A stretch of DNA of 64,000 bases. Origin: the human T2T-CHM13v2.0 reference genome, Homo sapiens. Location: assembly GCF_009914755.1 (NCBI RefSeq), contig NC_060939.1, one strand, 5' to 3'. The notes beneath the pieces are model-generated. The model was not told the origin of the DNA and made no database searches. It saw nothing but the letters and a program-made list of their open reading frames with translations. Shown one piece after another: positions 1-19,092 of the stretch. A program made the translations under genes and the position numbers. How positions within the stretch are numbered: the first letter of the stretch is position 1; the number at the start of each line of letters is the position of its first letter.

Positions 1-114
1 GCAGTGGTGCGATCTTGGCTCACTGCAAACTCCACCTCCTGGGTTCAAGCAATTCTTCTGACTCAGCCTCCCAGGTAGCTGGGATTACAGGCGCCTGCTA
101 CCACACCCAGCTAA

Positions 115-324
<210 letters not shown>

Positions 325-1585
325 TAGAAAGTAAGTCTGAAGCTGCCAGTAGTCATTTTTTAAGGAAGCCGGCCTTAGAATGATACCTACTCAAGGAAAA
401 GCAGATCTGGGAGATGAGGGGAGGAAGCGGGGGGGAAATTGAAGACATTAAGCCTCTAGATCCAGTTATTCCTGAAGTCAATGAAGTTCACCCATAGAAG
501 GTCCCTGTTAAAAAACCAATATCACCATCACCTCCCCCTTCTCTTCCTGTCTCCCTCTTTTTCCTTCTTCTTCACCCCTGCCTCATTCTCTTCCTCCTCT
601 TCCCTCTCCTCCTCCTCCTCTTCTTTCTTTTCTAGTATGAGGTGGGTTTGGGGGACTTACAACTGCAAGAACACAAACCTGCCAGCCAGGAAGGCTTACC
701 TGGCAGAGCTCTCTGAGTGACTAAAGCCTGGTACTTGCAGGCCCCAAGAAGACCTACCCAGGTTGAACAGAGTCCTAAGAGGTTACTTCTATCTAGCAGC
801 TTCCCACTGGTCTGCTTCTGTACCTAAATGGCCACCATCCGAACCACTGTGGGAGGCAAATTGTATCTCCAGAAGACCCCGTGATGGTGTCAAGTTGTTG
901 GCTGGACAGTTCCTGTGAGAGAAGCCATGTGCGTGACATTGTTGATCAGTTGAGTCTGCGCCGTGTCACTGTGCAGTTCCTCCTGCACTCCCAGCAGTCT
1001 GGGAGCAGAGCTCACCACCATGGAGGCTGGAGGCTCCTTGGCTCCAAGCAAATAGCCAACAAGGGAAAGGAGGAGAAAACGGAACCCAGAGAGGGTTGCT
1101 ATGGAAAGGCTATAGACAGGAGCTGTGGCCTTCAGTAGAGGGTCACAGCTAGTGCTCAAAGACCCGCAGAGAAACAGCCTACATGTTCCAACCTCGCTCC
1201 ATTCGTGCTCTCTGTCCTGCTGGTGACTTCCATGAATGGAACCTAACTGGAAGCCAGGATGCAAAGAGTCCATGAATGCAGCCTGCATAAGTTAGCCCTC
1301 TAGGACAGTGGGCAGAGAAGGGTGGAAAGTGAGTCTGGAGAGACAAGTGGAAAGCATCTAGTGCTCTACCCCAGGGCCTTTGCACTTGCTCCTCCCTTCA
1401 CCAGCAAACTTTTTTTTAAAGCTTGCTTGCATTTATCTTTTCCCCCTTCCCCAATTTTTATTTGTTTATTTTTCATACAAATATATGGGGTACAAGTGCA
1501 ATTTTGTTACATGCATAGATTGCAAAGTGGTCAGGCCAGGACTTTTAAGGTACCCAAAAGCATTGTACAATTACCCATTAAGTAA

Positions 1586-2342
<757 letters not shown>

Positions 2343-3544
2343 CTTACCTTCCTTGGCCATCCCACCTAAAACTGTTACCCTGACTCATAGTTTCTATCCT
2401 TCTCTCTACTTAATTTTATAGCACTTAGAGACTCCAAACATACTGTATATTTTGCGTATTTATGTTGCAGATAGGCTATATCCCTCAACTAAAATGTAAG
2501 CTCCAACAGAGCAGGCACTTTGATCTCTTGTGATCAATGCTTCACGAATAGCATCTAGCACATAGCAGATGCTAAATAGATAGTTGTTAAATAATTGAAT
2601 TTAAGCGTGGCAGGCCCCCAAGTGGGAAAATACACGAGATTTGAAGTGGCAGAGGCCTTGTGTGAGAGTCTGGTTCCTGGTAGGCAGGGCACCAAGTCCA
2701 AGACAGTCAGCTGAATGGATCCCCTCAGCTCAGATGCTTTTTTAATGCCTGCTAGATGGGCGTTAATCATTTTGCTCCCAGGAGATAGGTGATCAGGTAC
2801 ACTCCTGCCTTAAGAAGTTCATCTTGGTCTGGCCTAGCTTAGCATCCTGCCTTGTGCCAGCTTCACTCTATCCAAGACCAACATCTGGGCTGGGTCTCAC
2901 TGCCAACCACATGGCCATGATCCTCAGACTTTCCCAACCTCCTCCAATTTTAAAGTCTCCAGGTTCCTCCCAACAGGATGGCTTCTCTCTACACACCCCA
3001 GATACACCACAGTAATCAGGGGAGATCAGGCTCTGCAGCTGCTCTCAGCAGGATTGGGACAAAAATCCTCCATGTTTTGGTGGGTGGGGAAGGGCTATGA
3101 AGATCCAGCCTCCGGGATGCTGCCCAGAGAAAGCTGGGGAGCAGGTGGCCCAGAGCTTCTGGACTGACCCTAGATGGAGGGCAGTGGAGATGAAAGGAGA
3201 TCTTCTTTTTCCTTTCTCTTCTGCCTTTAATAACATCAAATATGATTAATTTAGGTCCATATTATAGATGAGAATTTGACTAATTCTTCTCAGGTTAGCA
3301 GTTTATTATTGCACAAATGTTTCCCAAGCCAATGAATTATGAAATAAGCCTTGCAGGGGAATGTTTGAGCTACTGAAGGGCATGTTCGGCATGATCAGAG
3401 GAACACTCTGTTTCCAAGTTAGTAATGCCTCTTTACATATAAACACTGATGTTTGTTGATAATGAACATTCATGTCCTCAATCAAAGCAGAGCCTCTGGG
3501 GACACTTCTCTATCAGCCAAGTGCTCCTAGAAGTGTTCCGCCCT

Positions 3545-4136
<592 letters not shown>

Positions 4137-5612
4137 TACATGCTCCCATGGTCTTTGCCAAGGAGGTAGCCTATTCAGATCCACTGGGGTGTCCAGCCAG
4201 TGAGGGCCACTCAGCCAACTTACGAATCCTTTTCCAACTCAACTGCTCCATCACTTGTAGACACCCAATAGCCCTTCCTCCCAATCTTGATTTTTCCTCC
4301 TTAGCACTCACCGCTCTTGTTTTGTCTAGGAACCCTCCATCTTCCTTTCTAGAACTATGTGCTTTAGGGGAAGCTGACCCCAGCCCCAGCCTCACAGAGT
4401 GGGTCTTGGCTGATCTGAACCAGTCATTGTTGCCCTGGCTGTCTTGCTGGTGATTTAATTAAACATAGATCTGTGACATGATTCTGGCCAATGATATGGG
4501 AAAAAATCTGCTGGGACAACTTTTAGGAGAAGCTTTCTTCACTCTTCAAAGAGACACATGAGAATGAAACTAGACCCCTGTCTCTCACCATATACATAAA
4601 TCAAAACCAAAATGGATTAAAGGCTTCAATCTAAGACCACAAACTATGAAATTACTAAAAGGAAGCATTGGGAAAACTCTCCAGGACTGGACAAAAATTC
4701 CTCTTTTCTTTTTTTCTTTCTTTTTTTTTTTTTTTTTTTTTTTTTGTAGAGGCACAGTCTCAACTATGCTACCCAGGCTGGTCTCAAACTTCTGGGCTCA
4801 AGCTATCCTCCTGCCTAGGTCTCACAAAGTGCTGGAAATCATAGGCATGAGCCACCTTGCCTGGCCCGGACAAAGATGTCTTGAGTGATATCTTACAAGT
4901 ACAGGCTGAAGCAAAAATGGACAAATGAGATCTCATCAAGTTAAAAGGCTTCTGCACAGCAAAGGAAACAATCAACAAAGTGAAGAGACAATCCACAGAA
5001 TGGGAGAAAATATTTGCAAACTACCCATCTGACATGGGATTAATAACTGGAATATATAAGGAGCTCAAACAACTCAACAGGAAAAAGTCTAATAATCTGG
5101 CTTTTAAATTTAATCTGGCAAAAGATCTGAATAGACATTTCTCAAAAGAAGAAATACAAATGGCAAGCAAGTATATGAAAAGGTGCTTAACATCATTGAT
5201 CAGAGAAATGCAAATCAAAACTACAATGAGATATCCTCTCACCAGTTAAGATGGCTTTTGTCCAAAAGACAGGCAATGACAAATGCTGGAGAGGATGTGG
5301 AGGAAAGGGGACCTTCGTACACTGTTGAAAATGTAAATCAGTGTAAACACTACAAAGAACAGTTTGGAGGTTCCTCAATAAACTAAAAATAGAGCTACCA
5401 TACGATCCAGCAATCCCACTGTTACGTATACACCCAAAGAAAGGAAATCAGTATGTCAAAGAGATATTTGCACTCCCATGTTGACTGCGGCATTGTTCAC
5501 AAAAGTTAAGATTTGGAAGCAACCTAAGTGTCCACCAACAGATGAATAGGTAAAGAAAATATAGTGCATATACACAATGGAGTGCTATTCAGCTGTAAAA
5601 AGAATGAGATCC

Positions 5613-5956
<344 letters not shown>

Positions 5957-6195
5957 TCATTATGTTGAGTCAAATAAGCCAGGCACGGGGAGACAAACTT
6001 CACATGTTCTCACTTATTTGAGAGCTGAAAATTAAAACAGTTGAACTCATGGAGATAGGAGAATGATGGTTACTAGAGGCTGGGAAGGGTAGTGGGAGCA
6101 GGGAGGGAGTAGGGATGATTAATGGGTACAAAATATAGTTAGAAAGAATGAATAAGATCTAGTATTTGATGGCACAACAAGATGGCTACAGTCAA

Positions 6196-6537
6196 TGTAT
6201 TAGTCCGTTTTCACTGTTGATAAAGACATAGCCGAGACTGGGCAATTTACAAAAGAAAGAGGTTTAATGGACTTACAGTTCCGCGTGGGTGGGGAGGCCT
6301 CACAATCATGGCAGAAGATGAAAGGCACATCTCACATGGTGGCAGACAAGAGAAGACAGCTTGTGCAGGGAAATTCCCCTTTTTAAAACCACCAGATCTC
6401 ATGAGACTTATTCACTATCACGAGAACAGCACAGGAAACACCTGCCCCCATGATTCAATTACCTCCCACTGGGTCCCTCCCACAGCATGTGGGAATTCAA
6501 GATGAGATTTAAGTGGGGACACAGCCAAACCATATTA
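6196..6537 (-). mobile_element. THE1-type solo LTR (THE1B-like) inserted into L1
   Basis: TGTATTAGTCCGTTTTCAC...GGGGACACAGCCAAACCATATTA, flanked by 5-bp TSD GTCAA (6191-6195, 6538-6542). Confidence 0.85.
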
Positions 6538-6728
6538 GTCAATGAAAATTTATTGTACATTATTAAATAACTGAAAGAATAGATGTCTGTAACACAAAGG
6601 AAGGATAAATGTTTGAGATGATGGATACCTCATTTAACCCGATGTGGTTATTACACATTGTATGCCTGTATCAAAATATTTAATGTGCCCCATAAACATA
6701 TACACCTACTATGTACCCACAAAAATTA

Positions 6729-7058
<330 letters not shown>

Positions 7059-7105
7059 TCACGCCTGTAATCCCAGCACTTTGGGAGGCTGAGGCGGGCA
7101 GATCA

Positions 7106-7423
<318 letters not shown>

Positions 7424-9234
7424 CTAGTCTCTCTGGCCTTTGTCAGGTGTGGATGATGTGATGGCCAGAGCTACCGCAGCCATCTTGTGACCACAAGGGA
7501 GCCAGCGTGGGGGGAAGCTGCATTCAAAGATTAGCAGTGCAAAAATGCAGAAAGATCCTGCATTTTTCAGGATCCTGGTAATAAACAGAGGATCCACTCA
7601 AACTGGATTATTAGAAGAATTCAATAAGGGGGCTATTTACAAAAGTGCAGGCAGAGCATAGAGAAACTAACCCAGGATAGTGTAGTACCAATGGACTAGT
7701 AACGGAGGGGAGCCCTCACCACCTTGGGCCTGAAGGAGCAAGGGGCAGGAACCCAGAGAGACACTATAAGGAGAGGAGAGCTGCCTAGCAGGTGTCTTCA
7801 CAGACAGGGTCTGGAGGGGAACAACCCCAAACTCATTCTTCTCCTACCCGCCCATCTTATGCCAGTGCCTTCCATTGGCTGAACCCAACAAGAAGCCAGT
7901 GGGCGGGGAGCCCATGGACAATATGCAGAGGTCATCCTCCCAGAACACAGAGACTCGCAGAGTGATCTAGAGGACAAAGGATTTTCAGCACTACCCGGGC
8001 CTGCAATTATCTTTTTCATCTGTTTGCCTGCATATTGGCGGTCTCCTCCCTGAAGGCAGGAACTGCCTTACTGCTGTAAGTTTCCTCCTAGAACAGCGGA
8101 TGGCTGCACAACTTACGCTCAAAGAATATGGTTGAGCACCCACTATGCAGCAGGCACTGTACTAGAAATCAAATGAAGCCGGGTGTGGTGGCTCACGACT
8201 ATGATCCCAGCAATTTGGGAGGCTTAGGCAGGAGGATTGCTTGAGCCCAGGAGTTTAAGACTAGCCTGGGCAACATGATGAGACCCTGGATCTACAAGAA
8301 TTTTTTAAAATTAGCCAGGCATGGTGGTGTGTGCCTGTGGTCCCAGCTATGCAAGAGACTGAAGGGGAGGATTGCTTGAGCCCGGGAGGTCGAGGCTGCA
8401 GTGAGCCATGATGGTGCCACTATACGCCAGCCTGGGCAACAGAGCAAGACTCTCCAAAAAAAAAAAATCAAATGAATAAAACATAGCGTGCCTCAGTTGT
8501 TCACAAGCTGGAGAGGGAGAGTAAAACCAAAGCAATATGGCATCTTGGTGTCATACCAGGAGAGAGACATGCCCAAGGAAGGAGGCTCTGACCAGAGTAG
8601 GGCCTGGAGGAGGTGGGCCTGGTACCAAGTGTTGAAGGACTTGTTTTAATGGAGAGGTGAGGATGCTTTGTCATTAATGCATCATAATATTGCAGTATGA
8701 GTAAGTATCTCTAACCCAAAAGCAATGCATTTCCTTGAGGGTGTTTGTTGAATGGGGAAGAAGTGGTTGGAAGGAAGGTTGGGTGTTCCAAACAGAGGGA
8801 ACATCATGTGTGCATGCAGAAAGACAGAAAACTAGAGAAATTGTCCCCACTGGCTGGTGGGAAAATTGTGTGAGGAGGAAGGGATGGGAAATGAGGTGAG
8901 AGAAGAGTAGGAACTGGCTCACATGTTGAGCTGAGGAGTTCAAGCTTTGTTCTGAATGCCTGAAGAAATTGATAAGGGATTTTGATTAGAGATCTGACAT
9001 GCTCAGATTTGCAACTTCAGAGACTTCACTTGAGTGGCAGCGTGGAGTGTGTGGATTGGAAGGATGAGGGAGCAGGAAGCCTTAGAGCTTTGTGTGGCTA
9101 CTTAAATTTAAAATTAGGCCAGGCGCAGTGGCTCACACCTGTAATCCCAACACTTTGGAAGACCAAGATGGGCTTGTTGCTTGAGCCCAAGAGTTCGAGA
9201 CCAGCCTGGGCAACATGGTGAAACTCCATCTCTA

Positions 9235-9441
<207 letters not shown>

Positions 9442-9652
9442 CTATAAAGCTAAAACAGGGATGGTTCGTGTTAACCATGTAGCACAGAGCTTGGGGCATA
9501 GTAGGTGCTCAATAAATCTTAATGCATTATTCCTTGCAATTTCCATAAAACCAATGCAGGAAATGCCCCCAAGCAGAGTCTTCCTAAAGTTCTTGGGCAG
9601 GTGAGCATTCTTACTTGTGAACACTAATTGATTCAATAAATGTTTTTCTGAA

Positions 9653-10318
<666 letters not shown>

Positions 10319-10697
10319 TGTGGCTGCATGCCAGCCCCTGCGTTGGAGACTAGAGATAGGAAGAAAGGCAGAAGCTGCCTTGACCTTCAAGGAGCTCAAA
10401 GTCCAGAGGGGCAACGGTGTTACGGATGCTGCTAAGGAGGGCAGTATGGAGGCTGTGGGAACTTAACTGCGGGGGAGCTGAGACTCAGACAGTGTGGTGA
10501 CAGCTGAGCAGGGTATAAAATGATGAGCCAAAGTGGCCGGGGAATGCAGGGTGGGGAGAAGGTTTCAAGCAAAGGGATCAGCTTTGGAGAAAGACAGTAA
10601 AGGTGGGGGCAAGGGTGACATGGGGGGCAACAGAGCCAGAGAGTGAACAGAAACTGCTGCTGAAGCCTTTGGGTGCTAAGCAAAAGAGTTGGTTTTA

Positions 10698-11945
<1,248 letters not shown>

Positions 11946-12861
11946 TTAGCTGGGCATGGTAGCCTGTAATCTCAGCTACTCAGGAGGCTTAGGCAAGAGA
12001 ATCGCTTGAACCGGGAAGGCAGATGTGGTGAGCCGAGATCACGCCATCGCACTCCAGCCTGGGCAACAAGAGCTAAACTCTGTCTCAAAAGAAAAAAAAA
12101 AGATGCTCCTGACAGCAGGGCTCATCTTAGCCCAACAGAGGAAGCAACCGAAGTATCAATCAACAGTTGAATGAATGAATAAGGTGTTGGGTATTCATAT
12201 TATAATGGAATACCGTGCAGCAATGAGAATGAACTATAACTATGCCCAACATCATGAATGAGTCTCATAAAAAAAGAATGTTAAGTAACAGAAACCAGAA
12301 ACCAGACACAAGATTATATACCGCCCACTGAAATGTATACTTAAAATGGTTAAAATGGTAAATTAAAATTTTTTTTAAAATAGAGATGGGGTCTCACTAT
12401 GTTGCCCAGGCTGGTCTTGAACTCCTGGGCTTAAGCGATCCTCCCACCTCAGCCTCCCAAGTGCTAGGGTTACAGGTGTGAGCCACCATGCCTGGCCCTA
12501 TAGTGTTAAATGTTATGTTATGTATATTATTTCACCACAACCAAAAAAGTGTAGGTGGGGGACCATAGAACTGTACAACACAAAGTGCATCTTAATTTAA
12601 ACTATGGTCGTCGGTTAATAATAATGTATCAGAGGCTGGGCGTGGTGGCTCACACCTGTAATCTCAACACTTTGGGAGGCCGAGGTGGGCAGATCACCTG
12701 AGGTCAGGAGTTTGAGACCAACCTGGCCAACACAGTGAAACCCCGTCTATACTAAAAATACAAAAATTAGCCGAGCATGGTGGTGTGTGCCTGTAATCCT
12801 AGCTACTCAGGAGGCTGAGGCACCAGAATCGCTTGAATCTGGGAGGAAGAGGTTGCAGTGA

Positions 12862-13289
<428 letters not shown>

Positions 13290-13674
13290 TAACAAATATA
13301 TTACACCACTGCAAGATGTTAATAATAGGGGAAACTGCAGAGTGGGGGTGGTAAATGGCCACTTTTACCTCCCTCATCATACTTTCCACTCAATTTTTCT
13401 GTGAACCAAAGACTGCTCTAAAAAAATCTATTAGCTTTTTAAAATTCCTTGGCTCCCCTCCAAAAAGTGTACATATGACATGATCTCATTTATGTAAAAT
13501 ACAACAAGCAAAACAAATCCATGCAATAGATGTTGGGGTCATGGGTACCCTTGAGAAAGGAACACAACGGGACTTCTTGGATGCTTATGATGTCTCTTGA
13601 TTAGAGCTGGTTATATGTGTGTTTGTTAAGTTTGCAAAAATTCATCAAGCTACACATGATCGAGCTATACATGA

Positions 13675-13872
<198 letters not shown>

Positions 13873-14084
13873 TAGTAGAGATGAGGTTTCACTATGTTGG
13901 CCAGGCTGGTCTTGAACTCCTGGCCTCACTCAAGTGATCCTCCCACCTCGGCCTCCCAAAGTGCTAGAATTACAGGTGTGAGTCACCGGTCCCAGCTGAC
14001 ATATGCACTTTTCTATATTGTATCCTGTAATTTAATTTTTTTAAGTTTTAAGAAAACATTAAAAATAAAAAGATAAATAGTCTG

Positions 14085-14632
14085 TCATACAGGAGAATTT
14101 CAAATAGTTTATGGAGATAATCCCCCCTCAAGGAGAAGGAGCGTAATCCCCCACTCCTTCGGTGTGGGCTGTGCATAGTGACTTCCTTCCAAAAGGTACA
14201 GTATGGAAAGGTGGGAAAGGAGTAACTTTACAGTGAAGAGACCTGACACGCACTACCTTAGCCAGGTGATCAAGGTCAACATCCACATCTGTAAGTCACA
14301 TTGATAGGATGTAACCCTGATATGATGTGACGAGAATGGCACCTAACCTCCAAGGTCTTCCCACCAACAAACCATAACCCCAGGCTTACCATGAGAAGAA
14401 AAACATCAGGCACATTCCAATAGTGGGCATCCTACAAAATGTCCAACCAGTACTCCTGAAAATTGTCAAGGTCATCAAAAACAAGGATATCCTGAGAAAC
14501 TGTCACAGCCAAGAGGAATCCAAAGAGACGTGATGACTAAATGTCATGTGATATCCAATGGGTCCTGGAACAGGAAAAGGACATTAGGTAAAACGCAAGG
14601 AAATCTAAGTAAACCATGAACTTTAGTTAATT
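14085..14632 (+). mobile_element. Old L1M 3' region (L1MC/L1MD-like)
   Basis: CCAGTACTCCTGAAAATTGTCAAGGTCATCAAAAACAAGG...GAGAAACTGTCACAGCC...GGTCCTGGAACAGGAAAAGGACATTAGG matches the recalled L1MC/MD 3' UTR. Boundaries are approximate. Confidence 0.65.
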
Positions 14633-14760
14633 AGAGAGACAGACAGACAGAGAGAAAGAAAGAGTCCATTTTCTATAAAACCGAGCCTAACCTCAAACCT
14701 TGACCTTTTTCATTGAGTCATCTGAACCCAATGGAGATATAGACAGGAAACAACTTTCCT
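14215..14760 (+). promoter_or_regulatory. CYP1A2 distal upstream enhancer region (about -2.5 to -2.0 kb from TSS; X1/X2)
   Basis: XRE core CACGCA 14247-14252; AP-1-like TGACTAA 14534-14540; XRE-like AAACGCAA 14591-14598; HNF1 half-site GTTAAT 14626-14631; perfect AP-1 TGAGTCA 14714-14720. Positions fit the recalled 3-methylcholanthrene-responsive enhancer. Confidence 0.7.
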
Positions 14761-14889
14761 CTTCTCCCATTCATGGCCTTCAAACATGCTCTGTTTCTCT
14801 ATTGGATTCCCCATCCATCTGCCTTGGCATCTTCACAGGTTGATCCCACAGTTTTCTCATTTTCAGGAATAAAAGCCCACTCCAGTCTA

Positions 14890-15099
<210 letters not shown>

Positions 15100-15419
15100 C
15101 TACTCAGGAGGCTGAGGCAAGAGGATTGTTTGAGCTCAGGAGGTCGAGGCTGCAGTGAGCCATGATTGTGGCACATGAACCCCAACCTGGGTGACAGAGC
15201 AAGACTCTGTATCTAAAAAAAAAAAAAAAAGATAGCAAACTTCCTTTTCACATCCAATTTAAGGCTTGTCCTCCTCCTCCTCTTAGATCTGACTGAGATC
15301 TGGGTCCATATTAAAGACTCCTTTAGTACAACAAACACCATATATCCTCACGTAAGTCCATGAATATCTGACATTTCTCATATCTACTTTCTCTCGATTT
15401 ATTGATAGATAGGTATACA

Positions 15420-15943
<524 letters not shown>

Positions 15944-16522
15944 TGACACTTCCATGCTACAGCATTAATCTCCTAAGAATAAGGATACACTCCCACATAC
16001 CATGACACTCTGTTCACACCTAAAAAAATTTACATTTATTCCAGAATATCATCTAATCTCCAGTCCGTGCTTACATGTCCCCAATTGTCCCCAAAACATC
16101 TTTTATAGATTTTTTTAAAATTTTGTTTAAATGCCATATCCAATCGATATGGCAATCAAATGCAAATCCATATTGCATTTGGTTATGTCTCTTAGTCTTT
16201 TTGCATAAGGGGGGCCTCTCTTTAGGATGCAAAATCTTTATCATCTCTTCTTTTCCACTTGGGGACTTGGGCTGAAAATCAGGAGTGGCTGGAACACGCC
16301 CATTTACTGTTTGGTTTTGCAGGTTGTTGGAGGGTACTACAGAAGAACATCCCTCTGGAGAGGGGCCGTGAGCCTGGTTGGCCTAGACTGAGTGCCCTGG
16401 CAGAGCTCTTCCTCATGTGTGCAGTGGGAAAGAAGCCCAGATCAGTCCAAAGGCCTAACCCCCACTCCCAGACCCTACCCTACTCTTCAGAGAAATAGGC
16501 TCCCTACCCTGAACCCTAAAGA

Positions 16523-16727
16523 CAGCTGTACCTTCATCCCCAGGGACCCAGCACCCCTTCTGGCCTATCCCCAAAGAGTCACCCTGGGTCTTAGGTAGTA
16601 GGTGGAGCTGAGGGATAATGGCCCAAGGCCAAGAGTTGATCCTTCCAACTTTGTTCAGTGATCCAGCTTTCATATCAGGTGATCAGGACAACCAGGCCAA
16701 TCTGATAGGGGGCGGTGTTTATAAAAA
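16523..16727 (+). promoter_or_regulatory. CYP1A2 proximal promoter: E-box, NF1 site, CCAAT box, GC box, TATA box
   Basis: CAGCTG 16523-16528; TGGC-N5-GCCAA 16619-16632; CCAAT 16697-16701; GGGGGCGGTG 16708-16717; TATAAAAA 16720-16727. Confidence 0.88.
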
Positions 16728-16746
16728 GGCCACTCACCTAGAGCCA

Positions 16747-16801
16747 GAAGCTCCACACCAGCCATTACAACCCTGCCAATCTCAAGCACCTGCCTCTACA
16801 G
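16747..16801 (+). other. CYP1A2: CYP1A2 exon 1 (non-coding 5' UTR, ~55 nt)
   Basis: Begins ~27 nt downstream of the start of TATAAAAA and ends ...CTCTACAG|GTACCT (donor at 16802). Matches the recalled mRNA 5' end GAAGCTCCACACCAGCC. Confidence 0.9.
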
Positions 16802-17642
16802 GTACCTTTCTTGGGACCAATTTACAATCTCTGGGATCCCCAACTATAGAACCTGGAAGCTAGTGGGGACAGAAAGACGGGGAGCCTGGGCTAGGTGTAG
16901 GGGTCCTGAGTTCCGGGCTTTGCTACCCAGCTCTTGACTTCTGTTTCCCGATTTTAAATGAGCAGTTTGGACTAAGCCATTTTTAAGGAGAGCGATGGGG
17001 AGGGCTTCCCCCTTAGCACAAGGGCAGCCCTGGCCCTGGCTGAAGCCCAACCCCAACCTCCAAGACTGTGAGAGGATGGGGACTCATCCCTGGAGGAGGT
17101 GCCCCTCCTGGTATTGATAAAGAATGCCCTGGGGAGGGGGCATCACAGGCTATTTGAACCAGCCCTGGGACCTTGGCCACCTCAGTGTCACTGGGTAGGG
17201 GGAACTCCTGGTCCCTTGGGTATATGGAAGGTATCAGCAGAAAGCCAGCACTGGCAGGGACTCTTTGGTACAATACCCAGCATGCATGCTGTGCCAGGGG
17301 CTGACAAGGGTGCTGTCCTTGGCTTCCCCATTTTGGAGTGGTCACTTGCCTCTACTCCAGCCCCAGAAGTGGAAACTGAGATGATGTGTGGAGGAGAGAG
17401 CCAGCGTTCATGTTGGGAATCTTGAGGCTCCTTTCCAGCTCTCAGATTCTGTGATGCTCAAAGGGTGAGCTCTGTGGGCACAGGACGCATGGTAGATGGA
17501 GCTTAGTCTTTCTGGTATCCAGCTGGGAGCCAAGCACAGAACACGCATCAGTGTTTATCAAATGACTGAGGAAATGAATGAATGAATGTCTCCATCTCAA
17601 CCCTCAGCCTGGTCCCTCCTTTTTTCCCTGCAGTTGGTACAG

Positions 17643-18473
17643 ATGGCATTGTCCCAGTCTGTTCCCTTCTCGGCCACAGAGCTTCTCCTGGCCTCTGCCA
17701 TCTTCTGCCTGGTATTCTGGGTGCTCAAGGGTTTGAGGCCTCGGGTCCCCAAAGGCCTGAAAAGTCCACCAGAGCCATGGGGCTGGCCCTTGCTCGGGCA
17801 TGTGCTGACCCTGGGGAAGAACCCGCACCTGGCACTGTCAAGGATGAGCCAGCGCTACGGGGACGTCCTGCAGATCCGCATTGGCTCCACGCCCGTGCTG
17901 GTGCTGAGCCGCCTGGACACCATCCGGCAGGCCCTGGTGCGGCAGGGCGACGATTTCAAGGGCCGGCCTGACCTCTACACCTCCACCCTCATCACTGATG
18001 GCCAGAGCTTGACCTTCAGCACAGACTCTGGACCGGTGTGGGCTGCCCGCCGGCGCCTGGCCCAGAATGCCCTCAACACCTTCTCCATCGCCTCTGACCC
18101 AGCTTCCTCATCCTCCTGCTACCTGGAGGAGCATGTGAGCAAGGAGGCTAAGGCCCTGATCAGCAGGTTGCAGGAGCTGATGGCAGGGCCTGGGCACTTC
18201 GACCCTTACAATCAGGTGGTGGTGTCAGTGGCCAACGTCATTGGTGCCATGTGCTTCGGACAGCACTTCCCTGAGAGTAGCGATGAGATGCTCAGCCTCG
18301 TGAAGAACACTCATGAGTTCGTGGAGACTGCCTCCTCCGGGAACCCCCTGGACTTCTTCCCCATCCTTCGCTACCTGCCTAACCCTGCCCTGCAGAGGTT
18401 CAAGGCCTTCAACCAGAGGTTCCTGTGGTTCCTGCAGAAAACAGTCCAGGAGCACTATCAGGACTTTGACAAG
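17643..18473 (+). CDS. CYP1A2: Cytochrome P450 1A2, exon 2 coding part (aa 1-277); exon starts at 17634
   Basis: Polypyrimidine tract plus CAG acceptor at 17631-17633 and ATG at 17643. Encodes the N-terminal membrane anchor and proline-rich PPEPWGWP hinge. Donor AAG|GTGAGC at 18474. Confidence 0.98.
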
Positions 18474-19092
18474 GTGAGCCCGGGGTGCAGGTGGCAAGGG
18501 GCACCTTGCAGGGCCTGGGTGCAGCCCCTCCCTCCCAGCTCCAGCATGCCCACACAGCTGCTGTGTTGCCAAGGCCTAGGAAGGCTCTGGACACCTCAGA
18601 CCAGCTGTGTGACCTGGAGCCGACTCTTCCCCTTCTCTGGGCCTCAGTTTCCTCATCCTTGAAGCCCCCTTCTCAGGGCTCCTCAAAGCCCCCAAGAAAA
18701 AAGCCCTGGAAATGGGGCCCTAGCAGAGTCCTGCAATGTGGGGGGCCTATGAGTGAGAAAGCTTTCATTCTGCAGAAACCTAAACCCCAACAGAGGCTAA
18801 TCCCCAGCTCTGGTGTCACGTTGCTTCCCTGTGTTCACACTAACCTTTTCCTTCTTTGAAATTGGACCCCTGGTGTTATTGGGAGGAAGGGTCAATGGGG
18901 CATAAAATGACACTTTAAGCCATACCCAGGGCTGCTACCAGCTCCTGCTGCAAGCTGCAACCCCCTGCCTAGAGACCAAGTTGGGAGGATAGGGGGGTAC
19001 CCAGCCACCAGGTACAGGCCAGGGGAGTGGAGCAACGTTCAGCCTTTGACCTTGGAAGTGCCAGAGGTGCCCCTAAGCTTGTGCCCCCTCAG

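Noticed and set aside
4980-5386. Possible active L1 ORF2
   Set aside because: Short frameshifted fragments of a truncated, multiply interrupted old element.
17586-17642. 19-aa N-terminal extension of CYP1A2 in the ORF track ([19 protein letters not shown])
   Set aside because: The upstream ATG lies in intron 1 before the acceptor at 17633; the true start is 17643. The ORF tail after 18473 is likewise intron 2 read-through.
17631-17645. Second AG immediately before the CYP1A2 ATG as an alternative acceptor
   Set aside because: It would only shorten the 5' UTR by 9 nt, and nothing in the sequence indicates it is used.
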